DNA of 64,000 bases from assembly GCA_963665095.1 (NCBI GenBank), contig OY762069.1:1184001-1248000 (forward strand), read 5' to 3'. Below are positions 41,082-52,078 of the stretch, one piece after another. The notes under the pieces are model-generated. The model was not told the origin of the DNA. It did no database searches and worked only from the letters and a program-made list of their open reading frames with translations. The position numbers and the translations under genes are program-made. The stretch is from an uncultured Desulfobacter sp. (GTDB lineage: Bacteria; Desulfobacterota; Desulfobacteria; Desulfobacterales; Desulfobacteraceae). The first letter of the stretch is position 1. The number at the start of each line of letters is the position of its first letter.

Positions 41082-42797
41082 TCAGACAGCCTGCCCCAAA
41101 GCAGCCAGAAGATTTGACCGGCGTGCCACCGGGGTATTAAGGGCCTGTCGGATCAAAGGCAGGCTGCCGAAAATAATCACTTTCTCACGGGACCGGGTGA
41201 TCCCTGTGTACAGCAACTGCCGGGTAACAACAGGTGAAATCTGTTCAGGGATGAGAATCAGTACGGTGTCAAACTCAGATCCCTGGCTTTTATGTATGGT
41301 CACGGCAAACGCCTGCTCACTGTCAGGCAGATCCACAGGTCTGAATGATCGGATCTCTTTTGTTTCCGATTCAAACCACGCGGTTGTCACACCGTCCTGC
41401 TCAAGCAGCACACAAGTGTCGCCATTAAACAGCAGGCGGTTGTAATCGTTGCGTCGTACCATCAAAAGCGTTTTAAAAATAGAGGCATTTATATCATTTC
41501 TACCCCGGGATCGTAATATGTTTTCACATAGATGATTAATTTGTAATGTTCCGCCAGGCCCTGAATTGTGTGCGCACAGCACGCGAAACCGGTCCACAGC
41601 ACTTAAAGCCTGCGCAACTGTTTTAGATGAAAAAAGCGGTGTATACCCGTTATAAATATATGATTCAAGGCGGCTCTGATATGGCTTTGGCCTGTCACTA
41701 TTCTCAAAAATGAGATCAGGAAATTCATTGCCTGTCAGGATATTTTCAACTGTATCAACATCACCGGCATTCACTGCATCGGCCAGCATTTCAATGCCGC
41801 TGTGCCCTGCGGATCTGAAATTAAAGGTTAAAAACACCCTGTTATCTTTGAGGCATTCGGCCTGGCAGAAGTCGGCAAACACACTGCCGGCCTGGACAGG
41901 AGACAACTGGTTCTTATCCCCCAGCATGACCACACGCGTATCCAGAGTAATTGCCTCCATCAGTCGCACCATCAGGGCCATGTCAATCATGGAGGCTTCA
42001 TCTATAATCACAAGATCTGCATCCAGGGGATGGCCTGCATTGTGAACAAATCCTGTTCCATTGTGTAAAGGTTTAAGTGCCCCATGAATGGTGACCCCGT
42101 TTTTCAGTCGGGATGCGGCCTTACCCGTGGGAGCCAGACACAACACTTTTACGGGCGGCAGCCCACACGCATCTGCCCATTGTGTCAGAATTTTTTGAAT
42201 AATATCTGTGACATATGTTTTCCCTGTTCCAGGGCCGCCGGAAATGATTGTAAACCCGGTGGACAATGCTTTTTTTACGGCCTGCTGCTGGTCATGGGTA
42301 TGCTGCAGCTTCTGGGATTTAAAAAAGGGGGCCAATCCGGCAGCAATAAATCCATCATCAGGACCTTGAATCTGCATGTCAACACGATTTCTAATAGTAC
42401 AGGCCAACCGGTTTTGAAAATCATAGTATCTGGTGAGATAGAGATTACCATCCTGATCAAGAATGAGCGGATAGTGACAAAACCAGGTATCGTCAATATT
42501 CCCTGGATTATGGTCTGCTTTTTTTCCCACCATGGTGCTTTCTGTAAGGGTATTGATCAACGTAGCAGCGTCAGGAAAATAAGCGACCACCCGGCCGTCA
42601 GATAACTGCAAAGGAGAACCGGCCGCCTTGACCGGATTGAAGCAGACGTGGCCTTCTGACAGAGCTCGCGACGTTGATGCAGCTAAGAGCATATCCAATG
42701 GCATGGTCTCTTTGAAGATACCTGCCATGGTGGTGGAAAAATAGTAATCCAGATGGGAAAAGAAGCCCAGCTCATGAAGGGTTTTAAAATCATCCAT
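41082..42797 (-). CDS. recD: Exodeoxyribonuclease V alpha subunit RecD
   Basis: LYLTRYY, SGGPGTGKT, IDEASM, LGDKNQL, NGDT, TIHKSQGSEF, LLYTGITR; start at MDDFK (ORF extends to 42881). Confidence 0.9.
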   Translation of the reverse strand: MDDFKTLHELGFFSHLDYYFSTTMAGIFKETMPLDMLLAASTSRALSEGHVCFNPVKAAGSPLQLSDGRVVAYFPDAATLINTLTESTMVGKKADHNPGNIDDTWFCHYPLILDQDGNLYLTRYYDFQNRLACTIRNRVDMQIQGPDDGFIAAGLAPFFKSQKLQHTHDQQQAVKKALSTGFTIISGGPGTGKTYVTDIIQKILTQWADACGLPPVKVLCLAPTGKAASRLKNGVTIHGALKPLHNGTGFVHNAGHPLDADLVIIDEASMIDMALMVRLMEAITLDTRVVMLGDKNQLSPVQAGSVFADFCQAECLKDNRVFLTFNFRSAGHSGIEMLADAVNAGDVDTVENILTGNEFPDLIFENSDRPKPYQSRLESYIYNGYTPLFSSKTVAQALSAVDRFRVLCAHNSGPGGTLQINHLCENILRSRGRNDINASIFKTLLMVRRNDYNRLLFNGDTCVLLEQDGVTTAWFESETKEIRSFRPVDLPDSEQAFAVTIHKSQGSEFDTVLILIPEQISPVVTRQLLYTGITRSREKVIIFGSLPLIRQALNTPVARRSNLLAALGQAV

Positions 42798-42936
42798 GGA
42801 AAAATTTTTCATGCCCTTTTTTACCAGCGATAGCAGAAAAAGAAAAGCCGGGGCGTCACGAATGAAAATATTATTGTTCACCGTACCGGGGGAAATAGAA
42901 CTGCGACCAGATCAGTTAGACGCAAAAATCTGTATA

Positions 42937-43905
42937 TCAGACCTGGTACAGATGGCAGGCCACCTGGTGGCCCGGTGCCACGTTCAGCAGCTTTGGAGGC
43001 GATTGCCGGCATATATCCATGACCCTGGGGCAGCGCGGGTGAAACCGGCATCCCCGGGGAGGAGAGATGGGGCTTGGCACATCACCCTCAAGCAGAATCC
43101 GGTTTGAATCCGCACTGGGATCCGGTTTGGGCACTGCAGACAAAAGTGCCTGGGTATAGGGATGTTTTGGATTTTCATACAGCCGGTCATAGGTGGTGAA
43201 TTCAGCGACCTGACCAATATACATTACCATAATCCGGTCGCAGATGTACTCCACCACAGCCAGATCATGGGAGATAATAATGTAGGAGAGATGAAATTCT
43301 TTCTGCAGATCCATGAGCAGGTTGATGATCTGGGCCTGGATAGAGACGTCCAGGGCGGAAACCGGTTCATCCCCGATGATCAGTTTAGGACTTAAGGCCA
43401 GTGCCCGGGCAATCCCGATTCTCTGACGCTGCCCCCCAGAAAATTCATGGGGATACCGCTGCCCCTGATCCGGGGAGAGTCCGACCTTTTCAAGAAGAAA
43501 TGCCACCCGCGCCCTGATCTCCTGTTCCGGATAGAGCTTGTGAATCCGCATGGGATCCCCCAGAATATGGTTCAAAGTCATCCTGGGGTTCAAAGAGGAG
43601 TAAGGATCCTGAAAAATAATCTGCATATTGCAGGTCAGGGCTTTTTTCTCCCTGTCATTCATCTGGTCCACATCGTGGCCCTCAAAGTAAACCTTGCCGC
43701 CGGTGGGCTGTTCAAGGCCCATAATCGCCATGCCGGTGGTGGTCTTGCCGCACCCGCTTTCTCCTACAATGCCTAAGGTTTCTCCTTTTTCAAGGCTTAA
43801 GGAGACACCGTCCACGGCATGGACATATCCAGCATTTCGGCTGAATACCCCTTTTTTGACCGGGAAATGGACTTCAAGATTTTCTACACGAAGCAAAGGT
43901 TCCAA
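42937..43905 (-). CDS. Peptide ABC transporter ATP-binding protein (DppF/OppF)
   Basis: GESGCGKT, YPHEFSGGQRQR, HPYT, CRFHPRC. Confidence 0.93.
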   Translation of the reverse strand: MEPLLRVENLEVHFPVKKGVFSRNAGYVHAVDGVSLSLEKGETLGIVGESGCGKTTTGMAIMGLEQPTGGKVYFEGHDVDQMNDREKKALTCNMQIIFQDPYSSLNPRMTLNHILGDPMRIHKLYPEQEIRARVAFLLEKVGLSPDQGQRYPHEFSGGQRQRIGIARALALSPKLIIGDEPVSALDVSIQAQIINLLMDLQKEFHLSYIIISHDLAVVEYICDRIMVMYIGQVAEFTTYDRLYENPKHPYTQALLSAVPKPDPSADSNRILLEGDVPSPISPPRGCRFHPRCPRVMDICRQSPPKLLNVAPGHQVACHLYQV

Positions 43906-43917
43906 TGGGTTTTTCCT

Positions 43918-44926
<1,009 letters not shown>

Positions 44927-44955
<29 letters not shown>

Positions 44956-46510
44956 TTATAGTCATCTCAACACCAATGGTATGCCAAATATCTGCCGGAA
45001 CGTTTGTCAGATCAGATGCAAACACAGTTAGATCGGCAAGGAATCCGGGCTTCAGCATTCCAAGCGTATCTTCTTTTCCAGCTGTGTAAGCAGCCTGCCT
45101 GGTATAGCCGGTCAGACTCTGTTCCAGGGTTAACCGCTGATCCGGGGTCCACCCGCCCTGGGGCAGTCCTTCCGGGGTCTGGCGCAGGACTGCTGCCTGA
45201 AGCCCGAGAAGCGGGTTAATAGGCTCGATTGGCGCATCCGTACCAAACTGCAGGGGAATACCTTTATCCAGAAGATTTTTCCAGGCATAGGCCCTGGTGC
45301 ATCTCTCCTGTCCCCAACGCCGCTGAGCCAGTTCCCAGTCTGAAGAGACAAATCTGGGCTGCACAGACCCTGTAATATCCAGCTCTTTGTATCTGTCAAG
45401 GTCTGACGGGGCATAAAGCTGAACATGTTCCACCTCATCCCTTGGGGAACCCGGGTATTGGGCTCTGCCGTGGGCAATGGCATCAAGGACGTTTGTGCCG
45501 GCCTTATCTCCAATGGCATGGACCGCCACACTGAACCCACGTTTATAGGCCTCACATACATAAAATTTGAGTTCGTCAGCATCCAGGCAATGCATACCGC
45601 TGTTGTAAGGTTCATCACTGTAAGGTTCATGCAGAAGGGCCGTACCTGCCCCTAAGGATCCGTCTGAAAACAACTTTAAGTGTCCGTGCCACAGATGATC
45701 AGATCCGGAAAGCCATGTCATGCCCTGTGCATCCGCTTCTTCCAGATCATAGTACTGCATGAGATGGTGAATTCTTAAGTTCAGCCTGCCGCTGTCATCC
45801 AGCTTGCGCAGCACGGTGTATTCTGCCAGGGACTCGCATGAATGAAGACCTGTGATACCGTTTGCAAGATATTCGTTCTGGGCATTTAATGCTGCAGTTT
45901 CCAGCTGATCATGGGTGTAGGGTGGAATGGCTTTGTCAATCAGATCTCGTGCTTCGTGAAGAAGCCCGGTAAGTTCTGCATCTGTGTCCCGTTCAAATCG
46001 CATACCGCCAGGAGCTGTAGACGCTTTTGTTATCCCGGCCGCTTCAAGTGCCTTTGAATTTACCCATTCGCTGTGCCCGCATACCCGTATCATCAAAAGT
46101 GGATTATCCGGGCTGAAAGAATCCAGATCATGCCGGGTGGGTTCCCGGCTTTCCGTCCACAGATGATGGTTCCACCCCCTGCCGATTACCCATTCACCAG
46201 GTGCCGCCTTTGACACAGCTTCCCGAATTTTTTTCTGGCAGGCCTCAAGGCTGTCAAGGCCAACCAGGTCCACCATCATCCGGCTTCGTCCGTATGAGAT
46301 GAAATGGCAGTGGGCATCCACAAGTCCGGGCGTCACAAGGCGACCCGGCAGATCCATTCCCTTTGCATGGGGTAAGACGGCCTTTACCTGTTCATTGCTG
46401 CCTAGGACAGCAATGCGCCCGTCCTTGACCCCCACGGCCTGGACCCAGGGCAGATCGGGCATGCCTGTGAAAACCGATGCTGAATATATGGCAAATTCTG
46501 AAGATGACAT
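44927..46510 (-). CDS. Amidohydrolase_3 (YtcJ-like) metallohydrolase
   Basis: [33 protein letters not shown]. Confidence 0.92.
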
Positions 46511-46545
46511 GAGGATTCCTTTAATATTTAAGTTGCACCTGTTAT

Positions 46546-47388
46546 TTAGTTTCTCCGGGTAAGTGTCTTGGGGTCTAAGAGATCTCGCAATCCGTCTCCG
46601 AGAAGATTAAGACCCAACACAGTAATAAAAATGGCAACGCCTGGAAAAATCGAAATCCAGGGGGCTGTGAACAGCTGTTCCCGGGCGGCAGACAGCATGG
46701 CCCCCCATGAAGGAATTGGCGGCTGTACCCCAAGTCCCAGAAAGGAAAGGGCTGCCTCCAGAAGAATGGCCCCTGCCACACCAAGGGTGGCAATGATGAG
46801 AATAGGTCCAATAATATTGGGAAGAATCTGGGTGAACATCAGCCGGATACGGCCGTAACCTAAAGCTTTTGCCGCTTTGACATAATCAAGATGCTTGGCG
46901 GAAAGGGCCTGAGAACGGGTAATCCGGCAGGAATAAGACCAGTTGGTAAATCCGAGAGCCAGAAATACATTAATAAGCCCGGGGCCTAACAGCGCCATGA
47001 CGGCAAGGGCAAATATCAAAGCAGGTATGGAGAGCATGATATTGGTCAACCCCACCACAAAATCATCCCACCAGCCACCGAAAAAACCGGCACTCAGCCC
47101 CAGACATACTCCGATAATAGTGTTCATGACCTGGCTGATCAGCCCCACAGCCAGAGAGATTCTGGCACCGTAAATAACCCGGGAAAGGATATCCCGGCCC
47201 TGGATGTCTGTCCCGAACCAGAATTGTTCAGACGGTGGTTCTTCTGACACCATGAGGTCCGCATCGTTAATGGGGTGGTAAGGGGCGAGAACCGGTGCAA
47301 AAACAGCCACAATAATAACAAACAGCGTAATGGCACCCCCTGCCACAAGGTTGGGCTGGGAAAGGATTTTAAATATCTTTTTTTTCAT
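46546..47388 (-). CDS. Peptide ABC permease (DppC)
   Basis: FGTDIQGRDILSR, EAALSFLGLG, NLLGDGLRD. Confidence 0.93.
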   Translation of the reverse strand: MKKKIFKILSQPNLVAGGAITLFVIIVAVFAPVLAPYHPINDADLMVSEEPPSEQFWFGTDIQGRDILSRVIYGARISLAVGLISQVMNTIIGVCLGLSAGFFGGWWDDFVVGLTNIMLSIPALIFALAVMALLGPGLINVFLALGFTNWSYSCRITRSQALSAKHLDYVKAAKALGYGRIRLMFTQILPNIIGPILIIATLGVAGAILLEAALSFLGLGVQPPIPSWGAMLSAAREQLFTAPWISIFPGVAIFITVLGLNLLGDGLRDLLDPKTLTRRN

Positions 47389-48329
47389 TTATATGCGGCT
47401 CTGATTCTTGGATCAATTGCCCCGTAGAGCAGATCCACCGTTAGGTTTACAAATAAAAAGGAGAGGATAATGACCAGGATACAACCCTGGGTGACAGGTA
47501 TGTCGCGCTGGAAAATGGAATCCACAAGTAAAGATCCAAGTCCCGGCCATGAATAGAGCTTTTCTACGATAACCGTGTTGGCGATCAGTTCTCCAAACTG
47601 GAGACTGGCTGTGGTTAAAATCAGAATCATGGCATTTCTTAAGACATGTTTCCGGTTGACTATCATTTCTGACAATCCTTTGGCCCTAGCTGTACGGATA
47701 TAATCCATGGATAGAATCTCAACCACTGCAGCCCGGGTGGTTCGTGCCAGCAGCCCGACATATCCAACGCCAAGGGTGCAGGCCGGCAGGATAAGGTTTT
47801 TAACAGACCCTTCTCCATAGCCAAGTGGCGGCAACCAGTGCAGCTTTACTGAGACGAGATACATCAGCAGCAGCCCCAGCCAGAATTGCGGGATGGATAC
47901 ACCTGAAACCGCCCCCATCATGGTGATGGTGTCGGGTATCCGGCCCTGGCGCAGGGCAGAATAAAACCCGAGCGGAATACCTAAAGCCAGGGCAATAATC
48001 ATAGCGGCAACGGCGAGCTTAAAGGTGGGCCACAGCCGCTCGCCAATCAATTGATTCACCGGTTCCTGACGCAGAAAAGATCTTCCCAGGTTCCCTTTGA
48101 CAAGGTCCCTGAGATATATGACGTATCGCTCCCATAAAGGTTTGTCCAGCCCCCACTCTTTTGTCATCTGGTCAATATATTCCTGTGTGATGGTCCCACT
48201 GTCCTGATCTCCGGCCGCCATGAGTGCGGCATTTCCGGGCAGGACATTGAGCAGGGCAAACATAATCAGGGTGATAGCCAGAATGGTGGGAATAAATTGC
48301 AGGACCCTGCGCAGGGCGTAAGCAAACAT
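47385..48329 (-). CDS. Peptide ABC permease (DppB)
   Basis: GLDKPL, DYIRTARAKG, DLLYGAIDPR. Confidence 0.93.
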   Translation of the reverse strand: MFAYALRRVLQFIPTILAITLIMFALLNVLPGNAALMAAGDQDSGTITQEYIDQMTKEWGLDKPLWERYVIYLRDLVKGNLGRSFLRQEPVNQLIGERLWPTFKLAVAAMIIALALGIPLGFYSALRQGRIPDTITMMGAVSGVSIPQFWLGLLLMYLVSVKLHWLPPLGYGEGSVKNLILPACTLGVGYVGLLARTTRAAVVEILSMDYIRTARAKGLSEMIVNRKHVLRNAMILILTTASLQFGELIANTVIVEKLYSWPGLGSLLVDSIFQRDIPVTQGCILVIILSFLFVNLTVDLLYGAIDPRIRAAYK

Positions 48330-48375
48330 TATCTTTCCTTCAAGAGGGTAGAACCTTAAGGTGGCTTTAATATCA

Positions 48376-48414
48376 AAAGGCAGCCGGGAAAGCCAATTAA
48401 ACTTTCCCGGCTGC
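48376..48414 (-). terminator. Intercistronic hairpin after the binding-protein gene
   Basis: GCAGCCGGGAAAG/CTTTCCCGGCTGC stem plus short U run on the minus strand. Confidence 0.65.
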
Positions 48415-48440
48415 TTGCAAATGAGCGAACTGTTAGTTAT

Positions 48441-50042
48441 TTATTTTGCCCTGGGAGAGCCTTCATCGACCCAGACATTGGTCAGATCCTGAAACATCAT
48501 TTCCGGAGCGACCTTTGACAGATTGTGAACCCAGGGCTGAAATGCCATAACAGCCTTGTTGTAGTTGAAAAACCACATGGGTGCATCGTCAGTTAAAATA
48601 CCGTCGGCTTTCATGAGCAGCTCGTTTTTCTTCTTGGTATCCCGTTCCTTGGACGCTGCATCAATGATTTTGTCAAATTCAGGGTTGTTGTATTTGACAT
48701 AGTTGCCGGAACCTACAGAGTTGGTGGAAATCCATCTTTGAAGGGCACCTAAAGGATCGGGACCTGAATCCAGGGACCAGATAAACATCTGGTATTTACC
48801 GTCACGGATGCGCTCATCCATAGTGGCCCCTTCCATCTGTTCAATCTTAATATCAATGTTGATTTTTTTCAGGAAAGGCATCATGGCTTCATAAATCCCG
48901 GTACCCCAGGATTTGTTGGAGGTGCCGATGGCATGCTCAATGGTAAATCCCTTTTCATAGCCGGCCTCTTTCATCAGTGCCTTGGCCTTGTCCAGGTTAT
49001 ATTCATATTTTTTCCCGTTGGGATTAAATGCCGGGGAAGTGGTTGGCAGATATCCCCTGCAGGGGAACGCCTTGTTTTTAAGAATTTTTTTAATAATCAG
49101 ATCAGCAGGCAGCGCATAGCAAATGGCCTGACGGACGCGTTTGTCTGAAAAAGGCTTAAAATCAGGGTTCATACCCACCAGGCGGGTGAACATTTCAGCG
49201 ACGTCAATCATATTTTTGGAAATCACCGGATCAGCCATGTACTCAGGATAGTTCACAGCGCCAACAATGGTGGCGTCCAGCTCTTTCGCTTTAAAGGCCA
49301 GATCCCTGGGAGCGGATTCAGGCATAATTTTATATACAACTTTGTCCAGGTAAGGTTTGCCTTCCATATAAAAGTCATCAAACTTTTCCAGGACAATTTC
49401 AGAGCCTTTGACCCATTTGGAAAATTTAAACGGACCGCATCCAACAGGGTTATTTTTAAACTGGTCTTCCTTGCCCACGACCTCTTCTTTGGGAAGAATC
49501 GCTGCAGAGGGCAGCCACAGGAAGTATTTAAGGTCCAAAGGATTTTCAAGGGTAATCTCTAAGGTCAGGTCATCAATTTTTTTCAATCCGCTGATGGCGG
49601 CAGCCTCACCTTTATTAACCGCCATGGCGCCCTGAATCACCTGAATCTGCTGAAAAGATGGAGAATCTGGCTTCATCGCTGCGCAGTAAGTATACGTCCA
49701 GATGATATCATCGGAAACCAGCTGCCTGCCGTTGTGAAATTTGATATTTGGAAGCAGTTTGAAGGTATAGGTCAGTCCGTCATCAGAAACCTTGACGCTT
49801 TGGGCCAGATCCAGAACGGGTTCACTTTTCTGGGCATCCCACCGGTAAAGACTGCGGTGAACATTCATGGAGACCAGAAAATCCTGGTACCGGCTTGTAG
49901 TATAGGGGTTTAAACCGGACAGGTCCCCCCCGTAGGGTGCCATAAAGTTCAAGGTACCGCCGCTTCTTTCAGCAAAAGCAGGTGCCTGCAGACTCAGCAC
50001 GGTCATGGCCACGACAGCAAACAACAATACGACTTTTTTCAT
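48441..50042 (-). CDS. Peptide ABC substrate-binding protein (family 5)
   Basis: Signal peptide, VSDDGLTYTFKL..KFHNG, PVGCGPFK, RVRQAI. Confidence 0.93.
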   Translation of the reverse strand: MKKVVLLFAVVAMTVLSLQAPAFAERSGGTLNFMAPYGGDLSGLNPYTTSRYQDFLVSMNVHRSLYRWDAQKSEPVLDLAQSVKVSDDGLTYTFKLLPNIKFHNGRQLVSDDIIWTYTYCAAMKPDSPSFQQIQVIQGAMAVNKGEAAAISGLKKIDDLTLEITLENPLDLKYFLWLPSAAILPKEEVVGKEDQFKNNPVGCGPFKFSKWVKGSEIVLEKFDDFYMEGKPYLDKVVYKIMPESAPRDLAFKAKELDATIVGAVNYPEYMADPVISKNMIDVAEMFTRLVGMNPDFKPFSDKRVRQAICYALPADLIIKKILKNKAFPCRGYLPTTSPAFNPNGKKYEYNLDKAKALMKEAGYEKGFTIEHAIGTSNKSWGTGIYEAMMPFLKKINIDIKIEQMEGATMDERIRDGKYQMFIWSLDSGPDPLGALQRWISTNSVGSGNYVKYNNPEFDKIIDAASKERDTKKKNELLMKADGILTDDAPMWFFNYNKAVMAFQPWVHNLSKVAPEMMFQDLTNVWVDEGSPRAK

Positions 50043-50166
50043 GATTACTCCTTAATTATTCGTTAATATTGCCTTGAATGCCCTCTAATGAATCAGAATA
50101 GTAATTATGTGTCAATACAAATATACGGACAAATTTGTTCACAAAACTGTAATTTCATGAAAACGA

Positions 50167-50946
50167 TCAATTCGCCAGACACGCCCGGGTCAATGCGGAA
50201 AACGGGGTAATGAACTGTGGATAGAGACCTGCCAATGTTTCCGGGTGCCATTGAATCCCCACAGCAAACCTGTGTATTGTGCTTTCCATGGCTTCAATAA
50301 TGCCGTCTTCTGACCGTGCACATACTTTGAATCCCGGAGCCGGCTCTTTGACGGCCTGGTGGTGAAAGGAGTTGACCCGGATCTGATCTTTATTGAACAG
50401 TCCATGCACCATGGAGCCCGGTTCAAAATTCACCCTGTGCCACAGGTAATGCATGGGCAGTCCTTCAGGGCAATGACCCTGTACATTTTTAACCTGGGCA
50501 GGCAGATGCTGGTACAGGGTTCCCCCAAAGGCCGCATTCATCAACTGCATTCCCCTGCAGATGGCCAGCACAGGCTTATTCAAATCCAGCACCGCCTTCA
50601 TCAGAGCCGTTTCCCAGTTGTCCCTTTCAGGCATCACCGAGTTAAGTTCAACAATTGGATTCTCACCATAAAACAGAGGGTGAACATCTTCAACCCCGCC
50701 TGTCATAACAAGGCCGTCCAGCAATGCGGCATACCGTGATGCATCAGCCACATCCGTACGCAACGGTACCACAACAGGCAACCCACCACCCATTTCAACA
50801 GATTGTACATAATCGTTGGGAGTGTCTACGCAGCGCAGAGAATCCCGCGTGGCCCATGAGGCCGTAACACCAATAACCGGTTTTTTTTCAGCCCGCGGTG
50901 CAGCACCGCCGGTTTTACCGGGCATCATATTATCAGATAAATTCAA
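50167..50946 (-). CDS. Gamma-glutamyl-gamma-aminobutyrate hydrolase family (peptidase C26)
   Basis: AICRGMQ, VNSFHHQAV, QWHPE. Confidence 0.92.
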   Translation of the reverse strand: MNLSDNMMPGKTGGAAPRAEKKPVIGVTASWATRDSLRCVDTPNDYVQSVEMGGGLPVVVPLRTDVADASRYAALLDGLVMTGGVEDVHPLFYGENPIVELNSVMPERDNWETALMKAVLDLNKPVLAICRGMQLMNAAFGGTLYQHLPAQVKNVQGHCPEGLPMHYLWHRVNFEPGSMVHGLFNKDQIRVNSFHHQAVKEPAPGFKVCARSEDGIIEAMESTIHRFAVGIQWHPETLAGLYPQFITPFSALTRACLAN

Positions 50947-50996
50947 CAGGTACCCTTTTCACTCCAAATTTTAATACATAACGAAGTTGGCAGGAT

Positions 50997-51278
50997 TCAG
51001 GCAATAATTCCATCGTTCGAATTATAGGGCGGTATATGTGGCCTGGCCAGCGTCCGGCGATCTATCCCCTTTCTTCGATCCTGCTCAAAAGAAAGTTCCA
51101 CAACAACGCCGTCCAGAACACTTTTCCGGCGCTCTTGTCCTTTCCGGCGGTCTTTGCCCTTCCGGTGTTTCTTTTTACTGCCCCTGCCGTCTTTATAAGT
51201 CTTGTGGTTTGCATCTTTTCTAAATCCAGGCGCGATTACCCTGCCGGCCACCGGTATAGTCTGATATCCGTTATCCAT
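50997..51278 (-). CDS. Small basic hypothetical protein with (D/E)RR repeats
   Basis: RBS GGAGG; DRRKGQERRK and DRRKGIDRR; sigma28 promoter upstream. Confidence 0.75.
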   Translation of the reverse strand: MDNGYQTIPVAGRVIAPGFRKDANHKTYKDGRGSKKKHRKGKDRRKGQERRKSVLDGVVVELSFEQDRRKGIDRRTLARPHIPPYNSNDGIIA

Positions 51279-51328
51279 AACAATACCTCCTGAAGCTTAA
51301 GAGCAATTCTTTTCTGCTCTTAATATAG

Positions 51329-51355
51329 ATATCGTCTATTGTTACAGATTCTTTA
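51329..51355 (-). promoter_or_regulatory. Sigma28 (FliA) promoter
   Basis: Minus strand TAAA-N15-GACGATAT; shares TAAAGAAT with the flaG promoter. Confidence 0.65.
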
Positions 51356-51444
51356 AATATTCTGTATGATCAGCCAGTTACAATCATTCATCAGAATAGT
51401 CGAAACTAACCGTAATACTCGACACGCCTGAAATTACAGTACTT

Positions 51445-51885
51445 TTATTTTTTACCTTCAACGTCCTCTATATAAGCATGAATTCTTAAAAACGGCACAA
51501 ACAGAGAATCGTTGGTTTCAAAGTGTTCAAGAAGCCAGCCACGCAGCTCCACAATCTCTTCAATGGGCAGACTGTTAACGTCTTCTGCGATTTCCCGGCG
51601 AAGACCTATGGCCTTTTTAATAAACTGACGGTGGGATTTTGAGTGGGTGTCAAGGTCCGGGTACTTTTTTTTGCCAAGCAGCTTTTCTTCCCTGGAAAAA
51701 AAGATTTTGCTGAAATCGTTGATTTCCGTAATTAAATTGGTAATGTCTTTTGCATCGGTTTTCTTTTTCTTCATCTCTATCAGGGTGTTAAACATATTGA
51801 GAAGCTGTTTTTTAAAATCGTCTATTTCAGGTACATCCACACCGTATTTGTCATCCCATTCAATGATGTCTGTCATGGGGTACAT
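51445..51885 (-). CDS. Bacteriohemerythrin-like protein with degenerate ligand set
   Basis: EWDDKYGVDVPEID, EE, YPDLDTHSKSH, WLLEHFETND; RBS AAGGAG. Confidence 0.85.
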   Translation of the reverse strand: MYPMTDIIEWDDKYGVDVPEIDDFKKQLLNMFNTLIEMKKKKTDAKDITNLITEINDFSKIFFSREEKLLGKKKYPDLDTHSKSHRQFIKKAIGLRREIAEDVNSLPIEEIVELRGWLLEHFETNDSLFVPFLRIHAYIEDVEGKK

Positions 51886-52078
51886 CTCCTTTGTTCTTTA
51901 TTTTATTTTTTTCCCAGCCACATGGTGGCCATAATACCTATGGATATGAGGATCGCCAGAATCACGGCAAAGGTAATACCGTGCCGGCCGAATTTGGGGT
52001 AAATCACGAAGGGAACCAGATATCCGTACAGGAATGAGTGCAAAAGCCCGATTCCCGCAACCCTTAGCACCACTCTTT

